From Microcoleus sp. (GTDB taxonomy: Bacteria; Cyanobacteriota; Cyanobacteriia; Cyanobacteriales; Microcoleaceae), in assembly GCA_042408215.1 (NCBI GenBank), contig JAYFMW010000020.1, positions 192,001 to 256,000 on the forward strand: a stretch of DNA of 64,000 bases. Direction: 5' to 3'. This document shows positions 40,588 through 50,389 of this stretch, one piece after another (position 1 is the first letter of the stretch; each line of letters starts with the position of its first letter). A program made the translations under genes and the position numbers. The notes under the pieces were generated by a model. The model had not been told where the DNA came from. It saw only the letters and a program-made list of their open reading frames with translations, and made no database searches.

Positions 40588-40815
40588 ATGCTTGAAAATC
40601 AACAATATTCGCTATTCACGGAACTAACGGATGCAGAATCTGCTACAGTCAGCGGTGCCAGTATTACCGGCGGTGTCAGTAGCATCAGCAGCAACAGCGA
40701 TGCCAGCAATATTAGTGGCTATGGCGTCAATATGCTCTTGTTTGTACCGCAGCCCGGTCAACTTTATATGTACGATCCGAATCGTCAGCGTCCGTACAAA
40801 ACCCTAGTGGTTTAG
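40588..40815 (+). CDS. Double-glycine-type leader precursor peptide 1
   Basis: AAGGAG RBS; leader ..LFTELTDAESATVSGA followed by a Ser/Gly-rich core. Confidence 0.8.
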   Translation: MLENQQYSLFTELTDAESATVSGASITGGVSSISSNSDASNISGYGVNMLLFVPQPGQLYMYDPNRQRPYKTLVV

Positions 40816-40983
40816 AGCTGGGTGTCAGGTTGTGCGGGGAAATTTTGAAAATCTCTCCGTAAATTTCCGGAGAGCGATCGGGCTTTTGAGAAACATAGAT
40901 CAGTATTTAAACGAGACTCTAGAAAACTTCTAGAATTTCTAGTTTGTGTTCAATCAATTTCATCAACTAAAACGGAGTCTATC

Positions 40984-41157
40984 ATGCAAGAAACTAAAGA
41001 CACCTCACTGTTTACTGAGCTAACTGCTGAAGAATCTGCTAGCGTCAACGGTGGCCACTATTATTCGAGATACTGTCACCGTCACCGCCCTCGTCGTCAC
41101 ATTGTGTACCGCCGCAATTGTGACGGTACTTTCAGAGCAGTATATCGCTACTGGTGA
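40984..41157 (+). CDS. Double-glycine leader precursor peptide 2, 57 aa (not in the ORF track)
   Basis: GGAG RBS; MQETKDTSLFTELTAEESASVNGG-HYYSRYCHRHRPRRHIVYRRNCDGTFRAVYRYW. Confidence 0.85.
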   Translation: MQETKDTSLFTELTAEESASVNGGHYYSRYCHRHRPRRHIVYRRNCDGTFRAVYRYW

Positions 41158-41198
41158 ATTTGATTTCTGTCAAATCTGAGCGAGCGATGTAAATCAAT

Positions 41199-41228
41199 AA
41201 AGCGCCCACAATTTTATGGGTGCTTTTT
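41199..41228 (+). terminator. Intrinsic terminator-like hairpin between the peptide genes and the transporter
   Basis: AAAGCGCCCA..TGGGTGCTTT followed by a T run. Confidence 0.6.
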
Positions 41229-41254
41229 GCTGATTTGGTAGTGGGTGAGGGGTA

Positions 41255-43495
41255 ATGTCCTTTAGGCTCTACTCATTTTACAAAATGCTAAAAAACATCC
41301 CATTTCTACGAGAACTACCATTCTACGGAAAAATCAATAATTCTCTGAAATATCAGGTTGTTCTCCAGCAGAGCGAAGAAGATTGCGGAGCTGCTTGTCT
41401 GGCTTCGATCGCTAAATTTTATGGTCAGAATTTGACAATTAGTCGCTTGCGAGAATTTGTCGGTACGGGACAACAAGGGACGACTTTACTAGGATTGAAA
41501 CAAGGCGCTGAGGCGATCGGCTTGAATGCGCGATCGGTACGAGCAGCGTCTGCAATTTTAGACAAGCTGGATGATGCTCCTTTACCTATAATTATTCACT
41601 GGAAGGGTTATCACTGGGTAGTTTTGTATGGAAAGCAGGGCGAAAAATATGCGATCGCCGATCCCGCTGTCGGTATCCGCTATGTTTCTAAAGCAGAATT
41701 AGCCGCATCTTGGACAGATTGGCTGTGCTTGCTAGTCGAGCCCGATGCAGAGCGTTTTTTTGCTCAAGGTGATGGTCAAGCATCCGCAAGTTCCCTACAG
41801 AGATGGATGCGGCGAATTGGCATTTACCGCCAGATTTTAATCGAAGCATTCTTGCTAAATATGGTCTTGGGTTTGCTGTCAATTTCTTCGCCTTTTCTAG
41901 TGCAAATTCTTACCGATGATATTCTGGTGCGGGGCGATACGCAACTTCTGGCCAGTGTGGCGATCGCAGTTATAGTCATGAATCTTTTTAGCAGCAGTTT
42001 AGGACTGGTACAGTCGAACTTAATCGCTCAGTTTTCCCAGCGTTTAGAATTGGGATTTGTGATGGAATTCGGGCGCAAACTCCTGCGCTTACCTCTAAGT
42101 TTTTACGAAACCAGACGCAGCGGCGAAGTTATTAGTAGATTACAAGATATTCAAGAAATAAATCAATTAGTTGCTCAAGTCGCTATCAGCTTACCCAGTC
42201 AATTTTTTATAGCTGTAGTTTCTTTTTGTTTCATGCTATTTTACAGCAAACAACTAACACTTGCAGCTACATTCCTAGCTTTATTAATGACTGCTTCTAC
42301 GGTAATGTTTCTCCCCCTATTGCAGCAAAAAACGCGGAACTTACTCGTACTAGAATCGGAAACTCAAGGTGTTTTAGTAGAAACATTTAAAGGCGCGCTG
42401 ACCGTCAAAACTACTGGCAGCACCCAGCAACTTTGGGAAGAATTTCAAACCCGCTTCGGTCGCTTAGCAAATCTCACTTTTCGGACTACACAAATTGGCA
42501 TTCTTAACAATATATTTTCTGGTTTTGTTGCCTCGGCGGGGAGCATTACTCTGCTGTGGCTTGGGAGCGGTTTAGTGATTGACAAGGTATTGAGTATCGG
42601 TCAGTTATTAGCATTTATAAGTATGAATCAAAATGTCACTACTTGGGTGAATTCCTTAGTAGGATTTACTGACGAAATGACTCGCGTCCAGACAGCAACT
42701 GAACGGCTATCGGAGGTCATCGACGCTGAACCGGAAACCAAAAGCGATAGGAATAAACCTTTCGTAACAATTCAGAATCGCGACGATATTGTTTGTAAGA
42801 GCGTTAACTTTCACTATCCGGGCCGACTGGATTTGCTGGAAAACTTTTCTGTCACTTTTCCCGGTGGCCAAGCAATTGCTTTAATTGGCTATTCTGGCTG
42901 CGGAAAAAGTACGCTAGCGAAAGTAATTGCTGGTCTGTATCCGCTGCAATCTGGTAATATTAGAATTGGCGATTACAACTTACAAGATTTGTCTCTCGAT
43001 AGTCTGAGACAGCAGGTAGTTTTGGTTCCTCAAGAAGCACATTTTTGGAGCCGATCGATTCTGGAAAATTTCCGTTTGGGAAGTCCAGAAATCAGCTTTG
43101 AACAAATTGTCAAAGCGTGTAAAATTGCTGGTGCGGACGAATTTATCAGCGAATTACCTGATAAATACCAGACAGTTTTAGGGGAATTTGGAGCGAATAT
43201 TTCTGGTGGACAGAGACAAAGATTGGCGATCGCCCGCGCCATTGTCAACAACCCGCCCGTATTGATTTTAGACGAATCTACCGCAGGGCTTGACCCCGCC
43301 AGCGAAGCGGAAGTTTTAGAACAATTGTTGATGTACCGGCACGGAAAAACCACGATTTTCATCAGTCACCGGCCGAGAGTGATCGATCGCGCTGATTGGA
43401 TTATTATGTTAGAACGCGGCAGGTTGAAAGTGCAAGGATCTGCTGCAAAATTGCGATCGATCCCAGGAGATCATTTAGAGTTTTTGCATCCTTGA
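41255..43495 (+). CDS. Peptidase C39-containing ABC transporter (PCAT)
   Basis: QQSEEDCGAACL, HWVV, ADP; TM domain; GYSGCGKST, ISGGQRQR, LILDEST, ISHR. Confidence 0.95.
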   Translation: MSFRLYSFYKMLKNIPFLRELPFYGKINNSLKYQVVLQQSEEDCGAACLASIAKFYGQNLTISRLREFVGTGQQGTTLLGLKQGAEAIGLNARSVRAASAILDKLDDAPLPIIIHWKGYHWVVLYGKQGEKYAIADPAVGIRYVSKAELAASWTDWLCLLVEPDAERFFAQGDGQASASSLQRWMRRIGIYRQILIEAFLLNMVLGLLSISSPFLVQILTDDILVRGDTQLLASVAIAVIVMNLFSSSLGLVQSNLIAQFSQRLELGFVMEFGRKLLRLPLSFYETRRSGEVISRLQDIQEINQLVAQVAISLPSQFFIAVVSFCFMLFYSKQLTLAATFLALLMTASTVMFLPLLQQKTRNLLVLESETQGVLVETFKGALTVKTTGSTQQLWEEFQTRFGRLANLTFRTTQIGILNNIFSGFVASAGSITLLWLGSGLVIDKVLSIGQLLAFISMNQNVTTWVNSLVGFTDEMTRVQTATERLSEVIDAEPETKSDRNKPFVTIQNRDDIVCKSVNFHYPGRLDLLENFSVTFPGGQAIALIGYSGCGKSTLAKVIAGLYPLQSGNIRIGDYNLQDLSLDSLRQQVVLVPQEAHFWSRSILENFRLGSPEISFEQIVKACKIAGADEFISELPDKYQTVLGEFGANISGGQRQRLAIARAIVNNPPVLILDESTAGLDPASEAEVLEQLLMYRHGKTTIFISHRPRVIDRADWIIMLERGRLKVQGSAAKLRSIPGDHLEFLHP

Positions 43496-43630
43496 ACTCG
43501 TTAATAAAACGACAGGTTGAAATCTGTCGCTACACAAACAAAACCCGCCGGCGCGGGTTGATTTAATACTCTTATAGTCCGCGCAGGCGGACTTGGTTTG
43601 TGTAGACGCGAATTCGCTTCGCCCGGTATC

Positions 43631-43734
43631 TATAGCAATCCTAAATCATTTGTAAATTTCTTACTCCCTCCCCTTAGTAAGGGGAGGGTTGGGGTGGGGT
43701 AAAAATATTTACGACTCCTGCAAGGATTGCTATA
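43631..43734. mobile_element. MITE with TATAGCAATCCT TIRs
   Basis: TATAGCAATCCT ... AGGATTGCTATA; internal CCCTCCCCTT..AAGGGGAGGG palindrome. Confidence 0.75.
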
Positions 43735-43775
43735 TTTAAATATCGATATTCAGGCAAATTCTCTTCGCCGGAAAT

Positions 43776-45446
43776 CTAATAACTCGACATAGTTAAAACG
43801 ATCGCCTCCCGATCTCCCAACACCAAACCATACTCCAAACCCTCAACAACCGCCTGATAAGAAGCATCCAAAATATTACCAGAAACCCCAACCGTCGTCC
43901 AACGATCTTGACCATTACTAAACTCAACCAACACGCGAGTTTTAGCAGAAGTACCCGCACATCCGTCCAGAATTCGCACCTTATAATCTGTTAAGTTAAA
44001 ATCAGTAATTTGCGGATAAAAATTCCGCAAAGCCTTCCGCAAAGCCGCATCAAGAGCCGAAACAGGCCCATTTCCTTCCGCACATTCCAGAATATTTTGA
44101 CCGTTAACAGTCACCTTCACCGTAGCCAAAGAATTAACAGTTTCTTCCCGGCCTTTATCGCAGTGAACCTGAAAACCTTTAATCTCAAATAAACGTCGCC
44201 GCTTTCCCAAAGCCTCTCGCATTAACAATTCAAAAGACGCCTCAGCACCTTCAAATTGATATCCTTGACTTTCCAAAACTTTCAATTTTTCCAGAATTTG
44301 GCGGCAAGCAGGATGTTGGCGATCGAGCTCAATTCCAAAAGTCCGAGCCTTGGCCAAAACATTACTCAAACCCGCTTGATCCGAAATCACAATTCTGCGT
44401 CTGTTCCCGATTTTTTCCGGTTCCAAGTGTTCGTAAGTTAGCGGATTTTTCTCAACAGCCGATACGTGAATCCCGCCCTTGTGAGCAAAGGCCGAAAGAC
44501 CGACAAAAGGGGCGTGGTCATCGGGAGCAACATTGACAATTTCGCTGATCGAGCGGCTGACCTGAGTTAATTTCACCAATTGCTCATCTTGAATACAATC
44601 ATAACCCAACTTGAGCTGAAAATTAGGAATCAACGAACACAAATTAGCATTGCCGCAGCGTTCGCCATAACCGTTAATAGTTCCCTGCACCATCTTCACC
44701 CCTTCCTGGACAGCAGCCAAAGCATTAGCAACCGCAACTCCCGAATCATTATGAGTGTGAATTCCCAGTTGAATTTGAGAATTTCTCCCCCCCTTAATAA
44801 GGGGGGGTTGGGGGGGGTGAATTTCCGATTCAGAAATATCCCAAGTTTCCATTGTTCCTGCGACATCGCGAACAACCTGACTAACTTCGTGAGGTAAAGT
44901 GCCGCCATTCGTATCACAAAGCACCAGCCATTCTGCACCAGCATCCGCCGCAACTTTCAAAGTTTTAATAGCATAATCTCGATTGTGTTTGTAGCCATCA
45001 AACCAGTGCTCAGCATCATAAATAACGCGCCTTCCCTGACTCCGTAAATATTCAATTGTATCTCGAATCATCGCCAGATTTTCCTGCTTTGTCGTCTTCA
45101 AACCTTCAATAACGTGAAAATCCCACGACTTCCCAAACACCGTTACCCAGCGAGTACCCGCCGACAAAATAGCCTGCAACATTTCATCATTAGCCGCCGT
45201 TGTTCCGGGCCGCCTCGTGGAACAAAAAGCCACAACTTCTGCTTGAGTTAGGGGCTGTTCTTTGAGTCGCCAGAAAAATTGTACGTCTTTAGGATTAGCC
45301 CCTGGCCAGCCGCCTTCGATAAAGGGAATTCCTAAACTGTCTAACTGACGAGCAATTCGCAGTTTGTCTTCGAGGGATAGGGAGAGTCCCTCGCACTGAG
45401 CGCCGTCTCGCAGCGTGGTATCGTAGATCCAGAGCTGATTTGTCAT
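43776..45446 (-). CDS. cimA: Citramalate synthase
   Basis: YDTTLRDGAQ, IEGGWPGANPKD, YDAEHWFDG, LCDTNGG, HTHND, GERCGNA, AHKGGIH, GNGPV, DYKVRIL. Confidence 0.93.
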   Translation of the reverse strand: MTNQLWIYDTTLRDGAQCEGLSLSLEDKLRIARQLDSLGIPFIEGGWPGANPKDVQFFWRLKEQPLTQAEVVAFCSTRRPGTTAANDEMLQAILSAGTRWVTVFGKSWDFHVIEGLKTTKQENLAMIRDTIEYLRSQGRRVIYDAEHWFDGYKHNRDYAIKTLKVAADAGAEWLVLCDTNGGTLPHEVSQVVRDVAGTMETWDISESEIHPPQPPLIKGGRNSQIQLGIHTHNDSGVAVANALAAVQEGVKMVQGTINGYGERCGNANLCSLIPNFQLKLGYDCIQDEQLVKLTQVSRSISEIVNVAPDDHAPFVGLSAFAHKGGIHVSAVEKNPLTYEHLEPEKIGNRRRIVISDQAGLSNVLAKARTFGIELDRQHPACRQILEKLKVLESQGYQFEGAEASFELLMREALGKRRRLFEIKGFQVHCDKGREETVNSLATVKVTVNGQNILECAEGNGPVSALDAALRKALRNFYPQITDFNLTDYKVRILDGCAGTSAKTRVLVEFSNGQDRWTTVGVSGNILDASYQAVVEGLEYGLVLGDREAIVLTMSSY

Positions 45447-45561
45447 GGGGAATTAGAAATTGAAATTTGGTAATATGACTTATTATATTAGATGAATTTA
45501 TTTGAAATAAATGCGATAATATATAGGAAAGTTAACATAGATCTAATTGGGGTGAATTGCT

Positions 45562-45900
45562 GTGGTTCAAGTACAAGCACAAGGAAAAACATTTGAGTGC
45601 GATCGCGGAGCCAATCTCCGTGAAGTTTTGCTCAAAAACGGTATCGATCTCTACAATGGCAACGCTAAAGTCATCAACTGCCACGGCTTGGGCACTTGTG
45701 GCACCTGTGCCGTCACCGTCGAGGGTGAAGTTTCCGAACCCCAGTGGCGCGAAAAAGCCCGACTTTCGCTCCCTCCCCATTCTCCCACATCCAACCGCCG
45801 TTTGTCCTGCCAAACTCAAGTTTTAGGCGATATTAAGGTAACAAAATATGACGGTTTCTGGGGCCAAGGCTCTGAAACTGCCTGGAAACCCCAAGCATAG
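45562..45900 (+). CDS. 2Fe-2S ferredoxin
   Basis: NCHGLGTCGTC..RRLSCQ. Confidence 0.9.
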   Translation: MVQVQAQGKTFECDRGANLREVLLKNGIDLYNGNAKVINCHGLGTCGTCAVTVEGEVSEPQWREKARLSLPPHSPTSNRRLSCQTQVLGDIKVTKYDGFWGQGSETAWKPQA

Positions 45901-45988
45901 ATTTTTTGTCGCTCGAATAACTGTAGGGTGCGCACCGCGCACCTTACCATTATAGATAACGGAGTTAAGGATTTCTGGCAACAAGTCA

Positions 45989-47098
45989 ATGAATTCATCT
46001 ACAGATATTCTGATTATTGGTGGCGGAATCATCGGTTTTTCCCTAGCAGTTGAACTCAAATTGCGAGGGGCATCTGTCACCATCCTCACGGGCGAATTTC
46101 AACAACCTGCGGCCAATGCCGCTGCGGGAATGCTGGCTCCCCAAGCCGAAAGAATTCCCCCCAGTCCGATGCTGGATTTGTGCTTACAAAGTCGCGCCTT
46201 ATATCCTGCATGGGTTGAACAGCTAGAAGATATTACTGGCTTGAAAACGGGATATTGGCGATCGGGAATTCTCGCACCTGTTTGCGAAGATCGGGATTAC
46301 GAACAGCCTGAATCTTCAAGCCTTAATTCTCAATGGTTGGACGGAGATGCTATTCGCCAGCACCAGCTTGGATTGGGTGAAAAAATAATTGGCGGTTGGT
46401 GGTATCCAGAGGATGGCCAAGTTGATAACTGCGCTTTGTTTCGGACGCTTCAGACTGCAAGTAAAAAATTGGGTATTGAAGTTATTCCAGACAATGCTGT
46501 CGAAATTATTCGGCAGGGAAACCGAGTTTTGGGTGTTGAAACAACGGCAGGAAAGTTGCAAGCTGACCGTTATGTTTTGGCAACTGGTGCTTGGTCTAAG
46601 CAGTTATTAGATATTCCGGTGTTTCCAATAAAGGGGCAAATGCTGTCGGTATGTGTGCCGGAAGATTGTGCAGTCAGTCAACCACTGCAAATGGTTTTAT
46701 TTGGAACTGGGATTTATATTGTGCCCCGTCAAGATGGTAGGATTATTATTGGCGCGACTAGCGAAAATGTCGGATTTACTGCGGGAAATACGCCAGCGGG
46801 AATGCAAAGTTTGCTAGCAGGAGCGATGAAGTTATATCCTGAATTGCAGAATTATCCTATTCTGGAGTTTTGGTGGGGATTTAGACCTGCTACTCCTGAT
46901 GAGTTGCCGATTTTGGGTGCTAGTGCTTGGGAGAATTTGATGCTGGGAACGGGGCATTATCGGAATGGGATTTTATTGGCTCCTGTGACGGCTAAGTTGT
47001 TGGCTGATTTGATTTTGGAGCGCAAGTTAGATCCGTTGTTGGCAGCTTTTGATTATTCGAGGTTTGCTGAATCTTTGGGGGTTGAGAATGGTGAATAG
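45989..47098 (+). CDS. thiO: Glycine oxidase
   Basis: GGGIIG, AAAGMLAPQAE, ATGAW, KGQM, YIVPR, GFRP, GHYRNGILLAP. Confidence 0.93.
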   Translation: MNSSTDILIIGGGIIGFSLAVELKLRGASVTILTGEFQQPAANAAAGMLAPQAERIPPSPMLDLCLQSRALYPAWVEQLEDITGLKTGYWRSGILAPVCEDRDYEQPESSSLNSQWLDGDAIRQHQLGLGEKIIGGWWYPEDGQVDNCALFRTLQTASKKLGIEVIPDNAVEIIRQGNRVLGVETTAGKLQADRYVLATGAWSKQLLDIPVFPIKGQMLSVCVPEDCAVSQPLQMVLFGTGIYIVPRQDGRIIIGATSENVGFTAGNTPAGMQSLLAGAMKLYPELQNYPILEFWWGFRPATPDELPILGASAWENLMLGTGHYRNGILLAPVTAKLLADLILERKLDPLLAAFDYSRFAESLGVENGE

Positions 47099-47240
47099 TG
47101 GGATTTTTTACTGTTTTTAAGAAGAGCTAGAGCCTCTGGAACTGCGTTACCAGGCAGAGCCTGGTAACGAGATAAACGAGAATCAACCAAAAGGATATTT
47201 TTTGCTATAATCTGATCGGCACAATAGGGTTTTGTAGGTT

Positions 47241-47447
47241 ATGACTTTTAGTGATGTGGTTGAGACGATCAAGAATCTTTCTACTGACGAAAAGCAAGAG
47301 CTTCAATTGTTGTTGAAGCAATATCTCCGCGAAGAACGTCGTGAAGAGATGTATCAAAACTTCAAGTCAGCGCAGGTTGAACAACAAAAAGGTGAACTTA
47401 AATTTTCCGCTAATATTAATGAACTCAAACTAATGATAGAGGAATAG
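47241..47447 (+). CDS. Putative antitoxin
   Basis: 68 aa, 2 nt upstream of a RelE-like gene. Confidence 0.75.
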   Translation: MTFSDVVETIKNLSTDEKQELQLLLKQYLREERREEMYQNFKSAQVEQQKGELKFSANINELKLMIEE

Positions 47448-47449
47448 TC

Positions 47450-47716
47450 GTGGAAGTCAGTTTCAGTTCTTCATTCAAGCGTGCTTTCAAAAGGCGGATC
47501 AAAGGCGATGCTGATTTGGAGGATCGGTTTTGGCAAAAGCTGGAGCAGTTCACTATAGAGCCGTTTGAACCGGGATTAAAAACTCATAAATTGTCAGGTA
47601 AGCTCAAGGAATTTTGGAGTTTTAGCGTAGATTATGACGAAAGAGTAATGTTCTACTTTACAGAAGACGGAAAAGCCGTGTTTGTAGATTTTGGAAGTCA
47701 TGACGAAGTATATTAA
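47450..47716 (+). CDS. RelE/YafQ family toxin
   Basis: FSSSFKRAFK..LKTHKLSGKL..WSFSVDYD.R..GSHDEVY. Confidence 0.9.
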   Translation: MEVSFSSSFKRAFKRRIKGDADLEDRFWQKLEQFTIEPFEPGLKTHKLSGKLKEFWSFSVDYDERVMFYFTEDGKAVFVDFGSHDEVY

Positions 47717-47862
47717 TCGGCATCAATTGTGGCAGTAAAAAGAAGAGGCAGAGCCTGGTAACGAGATACAACGAGATTTTTTCTTTGAATATGAGCTAGC
47801 TCATAGAAAGATTTGAGAAGATTTGGCAAACTGAGGGTAAGGTTAAATAGGAGGTCAAAATT

Positions 47863-48660
47863 ATGACCAATTCTACTCTCAATTTTAAGACTGCATCGGG
47901 ACATGAAGTGCTGGCGGCTGCTGGGAAAAAGATGCTGCGCCCTGGGGGAAAAGCTGCTACAGAAATGTTGTTTGAATGGGCGGATTTTCAGCCTGGGGAG
48001 ACTGTTTTGGAGTTGGCTGCTAGTTTTGGATATAGTTCGATCGCCCTAGCTGAACGTTTTGGCGTAAAAGTGGTGGGAGTTGAGAAAAATCCCGACAGTG
48101 TGGCTCGCGCTCGTGCTAATATTGCAGCAGCCGGTTTGACGGCTCAAGTGGAAATTGTAGAAGGAGATATTTTTCACTTAGAACGTATTTCTGAACAGTT
48201 TGATTATGTTTTGGCTGAAGCTATCATGACAATGCAGTCGCCGTCGGGGAAGGCTAAAATTATATCGGGAATTGGCGATCGACTAAAACCAGGTGGCAAG
48301 TTTCTCTCTCACGAAATGTTAGCTAGAAATCAAGAAGCAGAAATTAACCAAGCTTTATCTGAAGTGATTCGCGTCAATTCAATGCCTTTGTCTGAGTCTA
48401 ACTGGATTGCTGTTTGCGAAAACGCGGGTTTGCTAGTAGAAAAACATCTCACTGGAGCGATGGGACTTCTCAACGTTGGGCGGATGATTCAAGATGAAGG
48501 TTTTTTGGATACAGTGCGGATTTTCTGGAATATTTTAACTAAATCGCAAATTCGCGATCGCATTTTAGCAGTGCGTCGAGTTTTCCAAAAGTACGATCGC
48601 GATTTAGGCTACATCATCCTTTGTGCAACCAAACAATCTTCAGGGAGTCAAAAATTATGA
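47863..48660 (+). CDS. Class I SAM-dependent methyltransferase
   Basis: LRPGG..T, VLELAASFG, GVEKN, EGDI, LKPGG. Confidence 0.88.
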   Translation: MTNSTLNFKTASGHEVLAAAGKKMLRPGGKAATEMLFEWADFQPGETVLELAASFGYSSIALAERFGVKVVGVEKNPDSVARARANIAAAGLTAQVEIVEGDIFHLERISEQFDYVLAEAIMTMQSPSGKAKIISGIGDRLKPGGKFLSHEMLARNQEAEINQALSEVIRVNSMPLSESNWIAVCENAGLLVEKHLTGAMGLLNVGRMIQDEGFLDTVRIFWNILTKSQIRDRILAVRRVFQKYDRDLGYIILCATKQSSGSQKL

Positions 48661-48992
48661 CGGCTACTCTTTTACCGCTACAATCTTCAGCAATCCAACT
48701 CCGAGAAGCGATAGAATATCCCGCCGCCGGAGTGCTGAGCAAAATTTTAGTCAAAGACAATAATTGCCAGTATAGCCTATTTTGTCTGGCCGCAGGAACG
48801 GAGATTTCCGAACACACTTCTGCGCGCAATGCCACAGTTAATGTACTCGAAGGAAAGGGAATTTTGACTTTGGAAGGTAAAGATATTGTTTTGGAAACGG
48901 GGGTGTTTGTCTTCATGCCCGCCCGCGCTCTCCACGCCTTGAAAGCCGAGGAAAATTTGGCTTTTATCTTGACACTTTCCGAAGTCAATTAA
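48657..48992 (+). CDS. Cupin domain protein
   Basis: LFCLAAGTEISEHT..VLEGKG..MPARALHAL; ATGA overlap with the upstream gene. Confidence 0.88.
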   Translation: MTATLLPLQSSAIQLREAIEYPAAGVLSKILVKDNNCQYSLFCLAAGTEISEHTSARNATVNVLEGKGILTLEGKDIVLETGVFVFMPARALHALKAEENLAFILTLSEVN

Positions 48993-49123
48993 TCATACCC
49001 CCTTTATTCTTTAATCCGCTTGGAGTGGAATTCGTTTATGTAGGGGCAATCCCCCCGTGGTTGCCCCCGATTTCAATCGCCGAGTAACAAAAGGAGTAAC
49101 AACCCCGGATTTGATTTTTACAT

Positions 49124-49825
49124 TTAATCTATTTCTTCTCCAGAGGCGATCGCCTCCAATTTTTCCCAATCCAATATAGTAATTTTCCCCCCTCGACTGT
49201 AAGATACAACTAACTTTAGTTTCTTAAACAACCGCACGCATTCTTCGTAGGTAATTCCAATACTGCGAGCAATTTGATAATAGGGAAAACGTTTTTCTAA
49301 ACATATACTATTCTCAGTAATCTTTGTATTTTGCTCGACGGCAAAGTAATCCAGAAATCGGGCCAGCCGCACGATCGCCCTTTCCGACACCAACCCGTGC
49401 ACCGTTTCGTGCAGTTGCTGCAACCGCTGATTAAAAACCGTCAATATTCGCAAAGCAATTTCGGGATTTTGCCCAATAGCTGCTAGCAAAAATTCCCGAT
49501 TTATGGTAAGAACTTGCACATCACTTTCTGCTGTCACCGTTGCCGGAGCTATGGCATTACCAAGCAAAGCAGGTGCGGCAAAGATATCTCCTTGACATAA
49601 GGTGCGGAGAATTGTTTCTTTTCCCGCCGCCGCTGTTTTTGCAACCCGCAAAGAACCGCTCAAAAGAGTGTATAATTTTTCCGGGATGCGATCGCCCTCA
49701 TACATCACAACTTCTCCCTGTCGATAAGTGCGAATTTCTGTGTGGCTTTGCAATCGCTCTAATTCAGTTCGGTTTAAGGTAGCAAATATCCAAATTTCAG
49801 CAAGTTGCTCAACGGTTGCTTTCAT
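49124..49825 (-). CDS. Crp/Fnr family transcriptional regulator
   Basis: cNMP-binding fold (EGD..LLSG.LRV..GKE..GDIF..PATVTA) and HTH (IARSIGITYEECVR); start ATG 49825. Confidence 0.88.
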   Translation of the reverse strand: MKATVEQLAEIWIFATLNRTELERLQSHTEIRTYRQGEVVMYEGDRIPEKLYTLLSGSLRVAKTAAAGKETILRTLCQGDIFAAPALLGNAIAPATVTAESDVQVLTINREFLLAAIGQNPEIALRILTVFNQRLQQLHETVHGLVSERAIVRLARFLDYFAVEQNTKITENSICLEKRFPYYQIARSIGITYEECVRLFKKLKLVVSYSRGGKITILDWEKLEAIASGEEID

Positions 49826-49870
49826 ACAATTAACAGTACCTGATCCGAGTCTATTGAGAGTATAATAACG

Positions 49871-50389
49871 GTGAATCCAGAATATATTGAAGAAAGTAGA
49901 CAAATCTACAAAAATGCAGAACCAGAATATCGGCGATATTATTTTGATGAGGTAGCTGGCGGATTTGTACTCATCCACCAACAACACAATCTTAATAATT
50001 CGGAAAGTTTGGTCGCTGAAGTTTTGGCTAAAATGGGAAAAAGAGTTAAAATGTTGAGCGAGCAAGCAGCAGAGGGTGTGAGAACACCAGACGCTGAGAT
50101 AGACGGTGAAATTTGCGAATTTAAGGAGTTAACAGAACAGACTCAAAATATCAGAGACAGAGTGCAAGAAGGTATCATTAGAGCCAAAAATCAAGGTGCA
50201 GCAACCGTTATTCTTCACATCAACCGAGAAAATTACGAGGTTTGGAAGATCAATGCTGGCATCAAACAAGCTCTATTTTGGGATACCGAAAAGCAAATTC
50301 AAAAATTAATTGTGGTGCCCAACAGCGAACTGATTCAAATAATCACAAGGGAAGAGTGGAAAAATGGAAGATATTTTCAGCGAATTTAA
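49871..50389 (+). CDS. Stand-alone PD-(D/E)xK nuclease resembling CdiA C-terminal/MuF-type toxin domains
   Basis: [42 protein letters not shown]. Confidence 0.7.
   Translation: MNPEYIEESRQIYKNAEPEYRRYYFDEVAGGFVLIHQQHNLNNSESLVAEVLAKMGKRVKMLSEQAAEGVRTPDAEIDGEICEFKELTEQTQNIRDRVQEGIIRAKNQGAATVILHINRENYEVWKINAGIKQALFWDTEKQIQKLIVVPNSELIQIITREEWKNGRYFQRI

Noticed and set aside
49826..50065. N-terminal extension of the Crp regulator
   Set aside because: It overlaps the divergent nuclease gene; the Crp fold starts at ATG 49825.
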